Shown here piece after piece: positions 25,444 to 36,997 of a DNA stretch of 64,000 nucleotides (within the stretch, counting starts at the first letter, position 1; each line of letters opens with the position of its first letter). The notes below the pieces were generated by a model. It saw only the letters and a list, made by a program, of their open reading frames with translations, did no database searches and had not been told where the DNA came from. The position numbers and the translations under genes were made by a program. Source of the DNA: Hydrolagus colliei (Eukaryota); contig CM068755.1 of NCBI GenBank assembly GCA_035084275.1, positions 11,284,001-11,348,000 of the forward strand, given 5' to 3'.

Positions 25444-26099
25444 AATGTTTATCTTGTCGAACCTTAGTGAATATCTGTCACAATCGCTGAAGGCTGTTCT
25501 TAATTATCATAATAAAAGTATTTTAAAAGTTCATCACCTGAGCAACTTTGTTTTGGCAATTTTATGTAATATCCACGCTCCAAACAAACTTGAACCACAC
25601 TTTGTAGGTTTTGAAAAGCAGCTACAGGTCTCTGCTGCTGCCTGGAGAGTGTCCAGGCGGAAAATTCATTGTAACAGTAGACAGATCGTGCAAGGCTAGT
25701 GAAAAGGAAACATTTCCAATTCATTAAACCAGAAGCCAAATAAGGCCAAGTCTGGTACAGCCTCCATTATTATAAAGACAGCGGTAGTGCAAGTCTGTTA
25801 TGAATTAAGAGAAGTTGAACACCCAAAGCATTTTATAACCACACTAAACACTAGAATTACTGGACATCAGTGAAGTGTACCAATTTAAAAAGCAGTTTGG
25901 AAAATGTTTTTTTTTATTTACTTTAAAAACAGCTAACCACACTCTCCTCCAACCCATATTCTAAAAAGCCATAACCAAGAGTTAGCTTTTTAAAAAATAT
26001 ACACAACCTCCATTGGCATTTAATGGAAATTGAACAAAAAAAAAGCCTGGACTACAGGCCCAACAGCACCGACATGTGCAGCAAATCATTAATGTACCT

Positions 26100-27437
26100 C
26101 AGCACAGTTGTATCCATTACATTTTATTCATTATTTAACAATAGATTCCAAATAGTTTAAAATCTATATAGTGTGCATACGTGGGTACAATCAAGATGAC
26201 TCTGTACTAATGTGGATACGGGCTTTCAACTTACAATACAGTCTTATTAGCCTATTCATGAATTTTTCAATTACAAGTTTCAGAGCATTCCTGATTTACA
26301 GGTATAATACACCACTTTGACCTACAGTGCATCTCTAATAAATGTGTGTATTATTAAGACCACTCAGATGCTTCAAGGAAGGTTGATNNNNNNNNNNNNN
26401 NNNNNNNNNNNNNNNNNNNNNNNNNNNNNNNNNNNNNNNNNNNNNNNNNNNNNNNNNNNNNNNNNNNNNNNNNNNNNNNNNNNNNNNNNNNNNNNNNNNN
26501 NNNNNNNNNNNNNNNNNNNNNNNNNNNNNNNNNNNNNNNNNNNNNNNNNNNNNNNNNNNNNNNNNNNNNNNNNNNNNNNNNNNNNNNNNNNNNNTTTAAA
26601 CTTTGCTCAATAAAGTACATTTACGCTCAAGTAACTTTACCTACATATACATAAACAAGTGGTAAACAAATGTATTAAAATAGAAATACTAAACTATAGT
26701 GGTGCAACAGAATTTGTAATTTCCACTGGTTTTCTATTTGTACAAATGTTAGAAAGCTTAACTGTTCCTTTTGTTGATTTGCTACTTTTATAACATTTTA
26801 TTTTTGTAATAATATAGAATAAAATATGTTTTTTATATCATTGACTAGAAAATATGCTGGGTGAAGCGGGTTTAAAAGTCATGTTGGTTTTGTTTTGTTT
26901 TTTTGCTGAACCTATCAAACCTCCTTCCCAACTGAATACTGTTTGCATTTACACATCATGTGGTCTCAACATCATACACAGTATTGTGATATTAACAAAA
27001 CGATACAGTGTGTTTGTGCCCAATTATAAGGCCTTTCTCAAATAAAAGATTTAACCCAGCTACAAAAAAGTTCACTGAAATTAAATTAAAATACTTGTAA
27101 ACATCTGCAATACGAAATATAATTTTTCAAGTCAAAAAAGAATAAAATACTTCAATCTGTAATGCGATTCTCTTTTAGAATTTGCTTTTTTTTGTTAAAC
27201 CTGCGGATCTCACATAATATACGCGATATGTACTGTATTATTCCCCTCCCTCCCTCCCTCCCACCCCCCCCAGTTTGCTTGGTAGAGTTTGTTGTTTTGT
27301 TTGCTTGTTTTTTTTGCTAAATTTTTTTTTACTTTGCAGGATCTTGGTAACGTGGTATTACAAAGGAAGGACAGTCGTTGTGTTTTTGATTTGTTTTTTT
27401 GTTTCGTTTGTTGTTATTGTTGCTGTCGACGTTTCTT
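26100..27437 (-). other. MEX3B 3'UTR (about 1.3 kb; contains gap 26388-26594)
   Basis: AU-rich, transposon-free sequence after the TAG, bounded by AATAAA at 26128-26123. The cleavage site is inferred. Confidence 0.65.
26123..26128 (-). terminator. Polyadenylation signal AATAAA (likely MEX3B distal site)
   Basis: tttatt on the plus strand; GU/U-rich sequence follows downstream on the minus strand. Alternative AATAAA hexamers lie at 26797-26802 and 25913-25918. Confidence 0.55.
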
Positions 27438-29083
27438 CTATGAAAATATACGTATAGCCTGAGTAACAGCTTTGCGACACACCGGGCATTCGGGCTCGCT
27501 TTTCTCGCAGATGCGATTAGCGCACTCCATGCAGAAGAGGTTATGGCCACAGGGTACCAAGGCGGCGATCACTTCGCTCTCCAGGCACATCAGGCAGTCC
27601 CGGCTGCCCTTCCTCCTCATCCCGCCGGAGGAAGAAGAGGAAGAGGATGAAGAGGACGACGAGGAGGAGGACGAGGAGGAGGAGACGCCGGGGTGCTCGG
27701 CGGAGGCCGCGGCCACCACGACCCCGCCGGCGAGGTGCGCGGCGGGGAGGACCACGGTCGCGATGGGGGCAGCCCCGACGGGCGCCACCCCGCTGCCAGT
27801 GAAAGGCACCAGCCCAACGCCGGTGCCACACAGGGGGTCGCTACGCACCCGCCTGGCCAGGGGATGCTCCGAGGACAACACCACGTTGTTGTTGTTGTTG
27901 CCGAGGACCTGCAGGGGTGGGGAGAGCCTGGGGGGAGCCCCGGAGCCCAGGCTGTTGGCTCGCCTTTGCTGCGGGTGTGGCTGCGGCTGAGAGCAGCAGG
28001 AGGAGGAGGAGGAGGAGGACGAGGAGGAGTTGGAGGTGGTGGAGGAGGAAGGCGAGACGCCGTTGCTGGAGCCGCCGGCCGCGAAGACCCCTCCCGGGCC
28101 GGGCCGATCGAACTGGGACCAGATGAGGCCGGACGAGCCGGGGGGAGCGGGCGCCGGGTCGAAGCTGGGGGACTCGAAGCCCAAGTCGCGCTCGTGGTCG
28201 CCCGGCAGGGAGGAAGAGGAGGAGGAGGAGGAAGGGGGGGGGATGTTGTTGGCGATGCCGGCGGAAGCGCCGGTGCCGTTGTTGGCCATGGCATCGCCGG
28301 CGTAGACGTACCCGTTGCCGTTCACGCCCCCGCCGTGGCCCGCCGCGCCCGCGCCGCCCCCTCCGTTGTTGTTGTGGTGGTGGTTGCCGCCGCCGCCGTT
28401 GTTGTTGTTGTTGTTGTGGCAGAAGGGGTGAGGCTGCCCGTACTCGGCCAGCCGGCACCCGTTGGCGGCGCCAAAGTAGGAGTCGGTGGAGGCGCTGCCC
28501 AGCGAGCTGGAGCTGTCGTTCCGGTAGCTGGAGAACGGCTTGCGCCCGGGGGTGGGCTTGCTCCACAAGCTGCCGGGGGCGTTGACGTCGAAGCCCACGT
28601 CGGTGCCGTTGGCGTGGAAGTCGTTCTCGTCGGTCAGCTCGATCAGCCCGCCCGTCCTCATGGCGATGTGGGCCTCGATCTCCTCCCGTGCCCGGTCCAC
28701 GTTCTCGGGCATCCCCGTCACCTCGAACACCGGTTCCTTGTCGCGGCTCGGGGTCACGATGTAGGTGTGCGTCTGCTGCTGGATGCGTTTGATGGTCGCT
28801 CCTTTGGGACCCACCACCAGACCCACCACCCTGTAAGGGACGCGCACCTGGATGGTGGTCTGGCCCGGCAGGTTGGGGGGGCCGGGGGCCGTGCCGTTCA
28901 GGGCGGTGTTCTTGTTGCGGGAAGCCCGGATCATGGAGAAGTGTTCGGCCGCCGAGATGATCTCTCTCCTGGCCATGGCCACATCCTCTTTCCTCCCCGT
29001 GACAACAAACACAGGCTCCTCCCCACGCACGGGGGTCTTGATGTATGTGTTGGTCTTTGCCCGCAAAGCTTTAATTTTGCAAC
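27438..29083 (-). CDS. MEX3B: MEX3B exon 2: rest of KH1, KH2, low-complexity linker, RING finger (RNA-binding E3 ligase)
   Basis: Acceptor …ttttgtcccaag|GTTGCAAA at 29084/29083. Encodes [60 protein letters not shown]2 [30 protein letters not shown], and [44 protein letters not shown], ending TQAIRIFS* (TAG 27440-27438). The motifs match MEX3B rather than the other paralogues. Confidence 0.97.
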
Positions 29084-29575
29084 CTTGGGACAAAACAAAA
29101 GAAGAAAAACGCGACACACACACACACACACACAGAGAGAGAGAGACAGACAGACAGACACATACATACACGGAGAGAGACGCACGCACACAGAGATAGA
29201 GACACGCACGCACGCAGAGAAAGAGACAAAGAGACACACACACACACAGAGACAAAGAGACAGAGACACCCACAGACAGAGAGACACACCCACCCACAGA
29301 AAGGGAGATACACAANNNNNNNNNNNNNNNNNNNNNNNNNNNNNNNNNNNNNNNNNNNNNNNNNNNNNNNNNNNNNNNNNNNNNNNNNNNNNNNNNNNNN
29401 NNNNNNNNNNNNNNNNNNNNNNNNNNNNNNNNNNNNNNNNNNNGACAAGACACACCCACACACACACAAAAAAATCGCGATTTAATTGCAAATAAACCCA
29501 ACCATTTTCAACACACAATGAATACTCAGAAAATAATATGCAAGTTCCTCGCGTTTCGATAAGGTCGCAAACTTT

Positions 29576-29609
<34 letters not shown>

Positions 29610-30627
29610 TAAAAATAACACACAAAGGCGCAGACACACACACACACAAACAAAAAACAACAGAAGCGAATCTGACGCATTCGGTTCCACACCATGCGTT
29701 TTTTTCTCTCTCTCTCTCTCTCTCTCTTAAAAGACATGTCTGCACTTTTTTCTCTCTCTCTCTTTCTTTGTGAAGAACTACAGCAAAGCAATACTCACAC
29801 GAGACGTTTAAGTGCAAGTACACACACACACACACAGTACACACACACACACACACACAGTACACACACACACAGTACACACACACACAGAAAAAAGGAG
29901 TCGGCAAAGACAGAAAGGCAAACAGGGCGAGAATAATATCTCTCCCCCCCCCCCACCACTTGTATGGCAAGCAATCCCGAGGCATTTCTCGGTCAATAAA
30001 CCCCCCCCACCCACAAAAAATAGTGCTTCCATTTTTGTTAATTAACATGCCCGTACTTTCCTTTGTGAATCATTTGTCCCACAAGCCCAGCACCCATTAA
30101 CACAGGTGTTCTGTGTTGAGCTGCCTATAATGTGCACACACACACACACACATACACACACACACACAAAGGGGAGCAAAAGAGACTAGCGAATCATAAC
30201 CCCACCCCACACCCCAAACACAGACACACAGTCAAATTCACTTGACAGTATATTCCGGGAAGCGCTTCCAGACGTCTGGAAGAGACGCGGAACAAAAGAC
30301 ACGCTATAATCCAATGCAGGGATTCTGATGATGGGGTGAGGATTTTACTAGTAGTATAGAGGAACAACAAAACAAGTGTGTGTATGTATATATATATATA
30401 TATATAAACATATAATATACATACATTAAATACAGTGGATCAGGCAGGGTCAGCGCAGGATTGAAATATACTGTATATGTATTTAGAGATATTTTTAAAA
30501 CACACAAGAGAACGACTTGTGTGGACGCACACACACATACACAACAGAGACACACAGACACAGACACACAAAGCCACCTCCCCTACCTCTCCCCCCCCCT
30601 CCTCTCTCCCCAACCAAAATAACTTAC
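29084..30627 (-). other. MEX3B intron (GT-AG, phase 1), rich in (CA)n/(GA)n/(TA)n microsatellites, gap 29316-29443
   Basis: Donor CAAG|GTAAGT at 30628/30627. Splicing joins G+GT into Gly, restoring GRQG-CKIK. Confidence 0.93.
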
Positions 30628-30905
30628 CTTGTCTGCCCACGATCTCTGCTACATGTTCGGAGCTGGGCACGGGGACACACTCGGTCATGTTGACGCTTTT
30701 CTTCCTCGGCTCGTTGTCGTAAATGGAGTTATCGTCATTGTCCAAGCCCAGCAGAGAGAGTTGGTCCAAAGCGATCTGCAAAGCTCTCTGGTCATCCAAT
30801 GTCTCTCCTCCACCACCTCCCCCCCCCCCCACCACCACCTCCTCCACCTCCTCCTCCTCCTCCTCCACTATTCCGCTCCATGTCGACAAAGAGCGAACTC
30901 GGCAT
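30628..30905 (-). CDS. MEX3B: MEX3B exon 1 (coding part), with apparent 1-nt frameshift in the C12 run at 30819-30830
   Basis: ATG at 30905 gives [17 protein letters not shown]…. After the poly-G the other frame gives [62 protein letters not shown], matching the vertebrate MEX3B N-terminus. Confidence 0.92.
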
Positions 30906-31189
30906 TTTTTTGTTAATATATATATGTGTATATATATATATATATATATCTCTCTCTCTATAATATATTTATATAATTTTTTTTCCCCCCTCTCTCTCTC
31001 TCCTGTTAAAAAAATTATTTTTTTGCCCCCCCCCCCCTCCCCCCGGAANNNNNNNNNNNNNNNNNNNNNNNNNNNNNNNNNNNNNNNNNNNNNNNNNNNN
31101 NNNNNNNNNNNNNNNNNNNNNNNNNNNNNNNNNNNNNNNNNNNNNNNNNNNNNNNNNNNNNNNNNNNNNNNNNNNNCAGGAAGGAATCA

Positions 31190-31600
31190 AGACAAAAGCA
31201 GATTCAGGAGCAGGGTAGTAGGGAAGGGGGGGGAGGAGGAGGAGGAGGAGGGAGGGAGGGAGGGGAGGAAGGTGGGTGGGGGGGGAAAGAGGAGGGAGAG
31301 AGAGGAAGGGAGGAACAAAAAGAGAGGAGAGAGGGAGTGAGACTGGAGCCGCAATGGAAGAGGGGAGGTGGGGGGAGAGGGGGGGTTCAGTTTAGTTCAG
31401 TTCACAGCCGGCCAGCCGGCTTCACTGTACTGTTGTGTTCTTTCTCTCTCTCTCTCTGCTTCCTTCCTTCCCTCCCTCTCCCACAGCACCGGGTCCACGC
31501 TGCCCCCCACACTCTCTGGTTTGCTGGAGAATAAGGAGGAGGAGGAGGAGGTGAAGGGGGAGGGAGGGGAGGAGGGAGGGAAAGCAATGGGCTGGAAGCT
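31190..31600. repeat. Purine/pyrimidine-rich low-complexity tracts in the MEX3B 5' leader region, between gaps 31049-31176 and 31611-31770
   Basis: (GGA)n, (GGGA)n and (CT)n runs read directly. Confidence 0.8.
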
Positions 31601-32014
31601 CAGTGCGAGTNNNNNNNNNNNNNNNNNNNNNNNNNNNNNNNNNNNNNNNNNNNNNNNNNNNNNNNNNNNNNNNNNNNNNNNNNNNNNNNNNNNNNNNNNN
31701 NNNNNNNNNNNNNNNNNNNNNNNNNNNNNNNNNNNNNNNNNNNNNNNNNNNNNNNNNNNNNNNNNNNNNNGCCTTTGGCAGCGGCTCATTGAACTGCACT
31801 CGTTGTTTTGGGTTGGGTTCACTCACTCACTCACTCACTCTCTCCCTCCTCGCCTCCCCTTCTCCTTCACTCTCTCTCTCTCTCTCCCCACCCTTTTTTT
31901 TTTCGCTCCCCTTGCTCAGCACCGTCTCTCCCACTCCTCACCCCCCTCCCCAACCCCCACCCACCTCCTTCCTCTCTCTCTCTCTCTCTCTCCCTCCCTC
32001 TCTCCAGTCTCCCA

Positions 32015-32100
32015 GCCTCAAACCAATGTGCCCCGTGACATCATGCGACACGTTAGGTCGGCGGCCAGAGGTTAACGGCGTCTCTGCTCATTGGTGTTTC
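32015..32100 (-). promoter_or_regulatory. Probable MEX3B proximal promoter core
   Basis: CCAAT at 32023-32027 (+), CCAAT at 32094-32090 (-), CRE/ATF-like TGACATCA at 32036-32043, and a CpG-rich unique island between simple repeats about 1.1 kb upstream of the ATG. Confidence 0.5.
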
Positions 32101-32899
32101 TCTCCCTGCCTGGGGAGGAGAGAGGGAGGGGTGTAGAGGAGGAGAGGGGGGTGGAAAGAAGTAGGGGATGGGAGCGAGGGAGAGGAGAGGTGGAGGGAGG
32201 AGAGAGAGAGGGAGGAGAGAGAGAGGGAAGGAGGAGAGGTAGAGGTTGGCTCAGACAAAACACCAGTGAATGAGGACAGATCTTTTCCTCCCTCCTTCCT
32301 TCCTTTCTTCCCTCTCTCCCTCTTTCTCTCCCTCCCTCCTTCCCTCCCTCCCTCCCTCCCTCCTTCTTACAACTCTTTGTAACAATGAAATAAACGCTAC
32401 CGCATGTTTTTACCGTGAAAGAGGCATTTTATTATTTTTTTCTCTCTGTGTCTGTGTGTGTGTGTTGCTTGCGTGCAAACAATAGAAGTATTGGCAATAA
32501 TATCAGTAAAATAATAATAAAGGTACAGTCTTTGAAACCCGTTTATTTAGTGACTGGGGGGAATCAATGAACTCGTAGATTTCCTCCCCAAATTTACCTA
32601 TCATCGTTTGTCTTTAAAGCCTTAATTTTTTAAAATATACTGTACAGCATACACACACACACAAAAAAAAACGTCCACTAAAGTAACGTCAACTTGGTAT
32701 TGTTTGCACAGTTTCTATTCAATACACCTAGTGTCTGCAGCAGATATTTTATTGCAAATTGATGTTAATACTGTACTTTCCTGGCACGAGTTTTAATGGG
32801 AGCTGCAAGAACAAAGAGTGCAATGTGAATGCATACGAAACGACACAGCATTTGAAATTTAACTGAATATTGATGTTAATCATAGCAATAATGAGGGTA

Positions 32900-34630
32900 G
32901 GTGTGTGTGTGTGTGTATGGATAGACTATTTGGTAACGAGATACCAATTTGATTGCAATATGTTTCATATTTTTGCGGTTGAAGCGATATTTGCTTTTTA
33001 AGGTCCTTTATTCTGGGTTTTGTGTGTGTGTGTGTGTGTGTGGGGGGGGGGATTATAATAGTGTTTTTTTGAACGGGTACAAAATCAAATACATTGGGAA
33101 TATTTTGCATCAACCATATATATCCAAATGGTTCCAATGAAAATGTGATTTGCAGCTGGGCTTTGTCTAGCGATAATAATTTTTCAGAACCTCTCTGAGC
33201 TGTGTGTGTGTGTGTTTTATATGTGTGTATATATATATGCATACATAAATGAATATCTATTGAGAACAAGCCTAAACGTGTAATACACCACTCTGTTATA
33301 ACTGCTATTCCGCTATAGGGCGATGTTGCTTTCAGTCCCTTCGCGTTTTCTCTTTGTTCATTCTCAAAAACCAAATGGGAAGTTGCTGGCTTGTTACACA
33401 CTTTAAATTTCAAAAAAAATTACACACACACACACACAGGCTGCACAAATCGACTCAGCATCTCCTCCCCCCCACCCTCCTCAACGACTACACAAGAAAC
33501 AGGAGTTCATCCCCAGTTGCCCACTACCATCTTTAATAAGAAAGTTCATCACAAAGCATTGTTATGGTGTGTGTGTGTGTATGTGTGCGATAGCGTCAGG
33601 AACCCAGCTACTGCAAGAGGTTTGCAGATCAGACAGCCCCTCCTCTCCCCCCCCCCCCAACACAGACACATACACACACACAAAGACTACACATTTCCCA
33701 ACATTGCATTGCTGTATATAAGAGAGAGGGGAGGTGGTGGAGGGGGGGAATACGTGAAGGTTTCCACGTTGTCGTCTAATTTATAATTCGATGCACACTC
33801 TTATCCAAATGATCAGTACAGCTGTGTTGTTGTTGGTGGTGGTGGGGGGGGGGGGGGGGGGGGGGGTTAGTCTGTGGGCTGCTACTGTTCATTTAAGATC
33901 TGTCGACCTCACCTTTTTCTTCTCACCTCAGTGACAGATAGTACTCGTGTGTCAACGAGTGTTTTAGGGGGTATTTTTGTGTATGTGTGTGTGTGTGTGT
34001 GAATACACAGCTCTGTCAATCGGGTATCACACTGTACCCAGCCCAGATGAGGAACACACAGGTAAATCATATCCATTGCCACAGCATGTGTTGGCAACCC
34101 TTGACATCTGGACTTTAGGAATATCAGGGAGATTTTACTGAGTGTGTTATTCACTGGCGATTGCAACACAAAGTGTCCTGTGTGTGTGTGTGTGTGTAAA
34201 AAAACACACACAACACACACACCAAACATCCTCATGCCATTCACCACAATAATTGCTACCGCTGCCAACTTTCAAGAAAGTTTATGCAGTAAATCCTGCA
34301 GACAATTAATTAGCTGCCATTAAAACCTTTGTAATATATAGATATATAGATATAAACCATATTGTGGATATTGAACCATAATCAAACATTTGGTTGATGT
34401 AACTAGCCGCCACATGGTTTCATCAACCTTTCATAGATTTATAATCCTTGCTCTCTCCCCACACACACACCCACGCTCCATTAATTTCAGAATATTAAAA
34501 AAAAACACACACAAAGCCAGTCGAATAAGAGCAACCGTAAATATATATATATATAATTTGAATAAATGTCGAATGGAGCAAGTATGAGGTTACAGGCTTG
34601 ACTTTTATATCCCCCCCCCCCCCCCCCCCC
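32900..34630. repeat. Cluster of (GT/CA)n microsatellites and poly-G/poly-C runs
   Basis: Examples are the G-run at 33844-33866, the C-run at 34611-34630 and several (GT)n tracts. Confidence 0.85.
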
Positions 34631-36687
34631 ACCAAAAAAACCCTGCTGTTGGTAACTAATTCTGTTCTTACTAATAAGATGGTCGGGAGTGTTGAGTTAC
34701 ACGGTTTTAAAAAATGGTAACACAGCCACATATAGCGCAGGATTTATATATAATGCTCTCGACTATTCATTCAGTTTTTGAAGAAAAGGCTATTTGTGGA
34801 CGTGCAATTGGGGGAGGGAGATGGATCAGCTTCTCGGTCACAAAAGACATTTCTGCTCAGTTCAGAGTCGCTGGGATGGAAACTTCCTGCTTTGTTATCC
34901 CACTCCCACCACAATGCTTATGTTAATATCAACTGCTTTTTTTTAAAAAAAAACCTCAATAGGGAGGTTTCTTTCTTTTTTGTGTGTGTGTTGATCTTCT
35001 CTGCCTGCCCCTCGTTAACATAATCACGTTAAACCCAGAAGACATGAGCTGCATTTGTATGTCTGGAAATTGTTTCCTCAAATCACTACCCCCCATCCCC
35101 CCCCCCCCCCCCCCCCCACCAAAAAATGACTATTTCTCGAAAGCTTAATTCCCACCATACAGATTGTGTATAGATTTGCCCACTCATTTGAATTTTTTTT
35201 TTCATCTGGTTCTTTGAAAAGTCTCAAACTCGTTTTCTTACAAAAAAAATATTCCTCGCGAGTTGAGAGGTTATTGTGTGGCCTCACGTGAAACTATGAA
35301 AGATAATAGCCCCAATATTATGTAGGAGTAAAAGTCAATTGTGCTAAGGACATTTGCTATAGCTTGTCACTCTTTTGCTCAGGCATCAAGAGATGGTTAG
35401 AGAGAAGAAAATGCCTGTCCTTTTTTTTAACTGGTGTTGCAAAGCAGCATTTCAAAGCTACCAAGACTTCATCGTGTCTAGCTTTACTGTTTTTTTTGTT
35501 AAAGGATGTTGTGTGGTACTCCCGTTTTATCACAGACTAGATCACATTGCTTTAAAAAACACACACACAATTCCCAAAGTAAAGTAAGATTCACGCAGTT
35601 TCTGTCACAAATCCCATGATGTTGTAAATGTAGTGTTGGTGGTTACTGTTCTGCAATATGTTCTCAGAAATGCACTTAGATTAAAGTTGTAAATAAATAG
35701 CATTGGGAAAAGTCCCGGTATAAATAAAACAGACACAATACATATTGGCATCATACATTTGGATATAACAAAGCTGGATGAAGGGAGACTAGTGTTTAGA
35801 TTTCCTTATCCTATTATTGGTAAACCACCACATTACTTGGCAACAATCTTCAGAATGTCCAAAAATCTCACCAAAGCCAGTGAATGCTTTACAATGCAAA
35901 TCCATTGTTCTTGACAGTTGTAACATATAAAATCTGTTGAATGCTCCAATCAAATGAAAATAAAAGAGCCATGCTTTTGTCAGTTGAGAGAGCATGTCTA
36001 CTGTCTTGGTTAATAATTTATTATATTCACACCCTCCCACTCTTCCACATCCTTATTAAATGTGTTTTATAGATGAAATTTAATCACACGCTTTATAGCA
36101 TTGAGATTGCTGTGCCCTGTGAATCACCATTTTAGTCATTTTTCTTGTATTAATAATTGTGCCTTTATAGAGAACCGCAAATCATACAAATGCATTGGGA
36201 AATATTTATGAGTTTAAAATAATAAGTACTAAGTTGAGTTTATAGCACCACTGTGTTGTTTGTAAAAACACATTTTCAATAGCTGATTACTCCATTTGGA
36301 AAGTCTATCTTGGTACTTAATATGATCCATGGGGTACAATTTTGAAATAAATAATTTGTGGTGGGATGCTGGTAGAGAATATGAAGAAACACGTGCTTAA
36401 AATATTATAGGTGATTTTTAATGCACAATCAGAGATTCTGTTTTTCATCATCCTATAAAATATAGAATTGGAGCAAGAGTTTATTTCTCTGTGCCTGAAT
36501 AAACTAGACTGTGATCTTTCATTTCCCAGTTTGTGTATTTCAATCAAATCCACTGGTGGAGACATTTTAAATCAGAATTTTGAATTATTTTGAAAGTACC
36601 CAGAGTAAGGAAGGGTGGCAAAACTGGGTGCTCAAGCCATAAGCAGTTTGTTTAATAATTGGTGTTTCATATAAATAATACCTCATT

Positions 36688-36997
36688 GGAGCTCCTGTGG
36701 CTTAGTGGTTAGAGCATTTGTCTTACAAGCTGGGGAGACCTGTGTTCGAATCCAGGCAAGGCGAAACCCTGGGTAAGTTTCCACACGCCTAATAATAATC
36801 CCTCCAAAAAAAACACAATAATAAAATTGGTCATTTCAGTCCACGACTGTTTGTGGGACACTGCTGTGCACAATTGGCTGCCGCAATTCGCCCACAAATA
36901 TATACAGTCAATTCACTTTACAGTATATTCTGTGAAGCGCTTTGGGATGTCGATAAGATGTGAAAAGCACTATATCAAATGCAAGGATTATTATTGT
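36688..36997 (+). mobile_element. Full-length tRNA-derived SINE with intact Pol III A/B boxes and L2-type tail
   Basis: A box TGGCTTAGTGG at 36698-36708, B box GTTCGAATCC at 36744-36753, family body, hairpin agcgctttgggatgtc-gataa-gatgtgaaaagcact, and (ATT)n tail. Confidence 0.93.

Noticed and set aside
27693-29495. 600-aa plus-strand ORF and other long overlapping ORFs (27472-27990, 27617-28294, 27841-28566)
   Set aside because: These are antisense or alternate-frame shadows of the GC-rich MEX3B exon 2, extended by microsatellites and N-gaps, with no recognisable domain.
29084-29501. N-terminal part of the 687-aa ORF in the track
   Set aside because: Intronic (GT/CT)n repeats and a gap; the true exon starts at the acceptor at 29083.
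30440-30889. ORF starting [12 protein letters not shown] as the MEX3B N-terminus
   Set aside because: It starts at a TTG and the poly-Glu is the off-frame reading of the poly-Gly codons. The real start is ATG 30905, and sequence below 30628 is intron.
31368-32485. ORFs of 60-235 aa around the promoter
   Set aside because: They arise from low-complexity sequence and N-gaps. A possible upstream ATG near 31789 runs into a gap and cannot be evaluated.
36688-36765. tRNA-like sequences (also at about 17414, 18370, 25134 and 39757)
   Set aside because: These are SINE heads: they lack a closed acceptor stem and continue into the shared SINE body.
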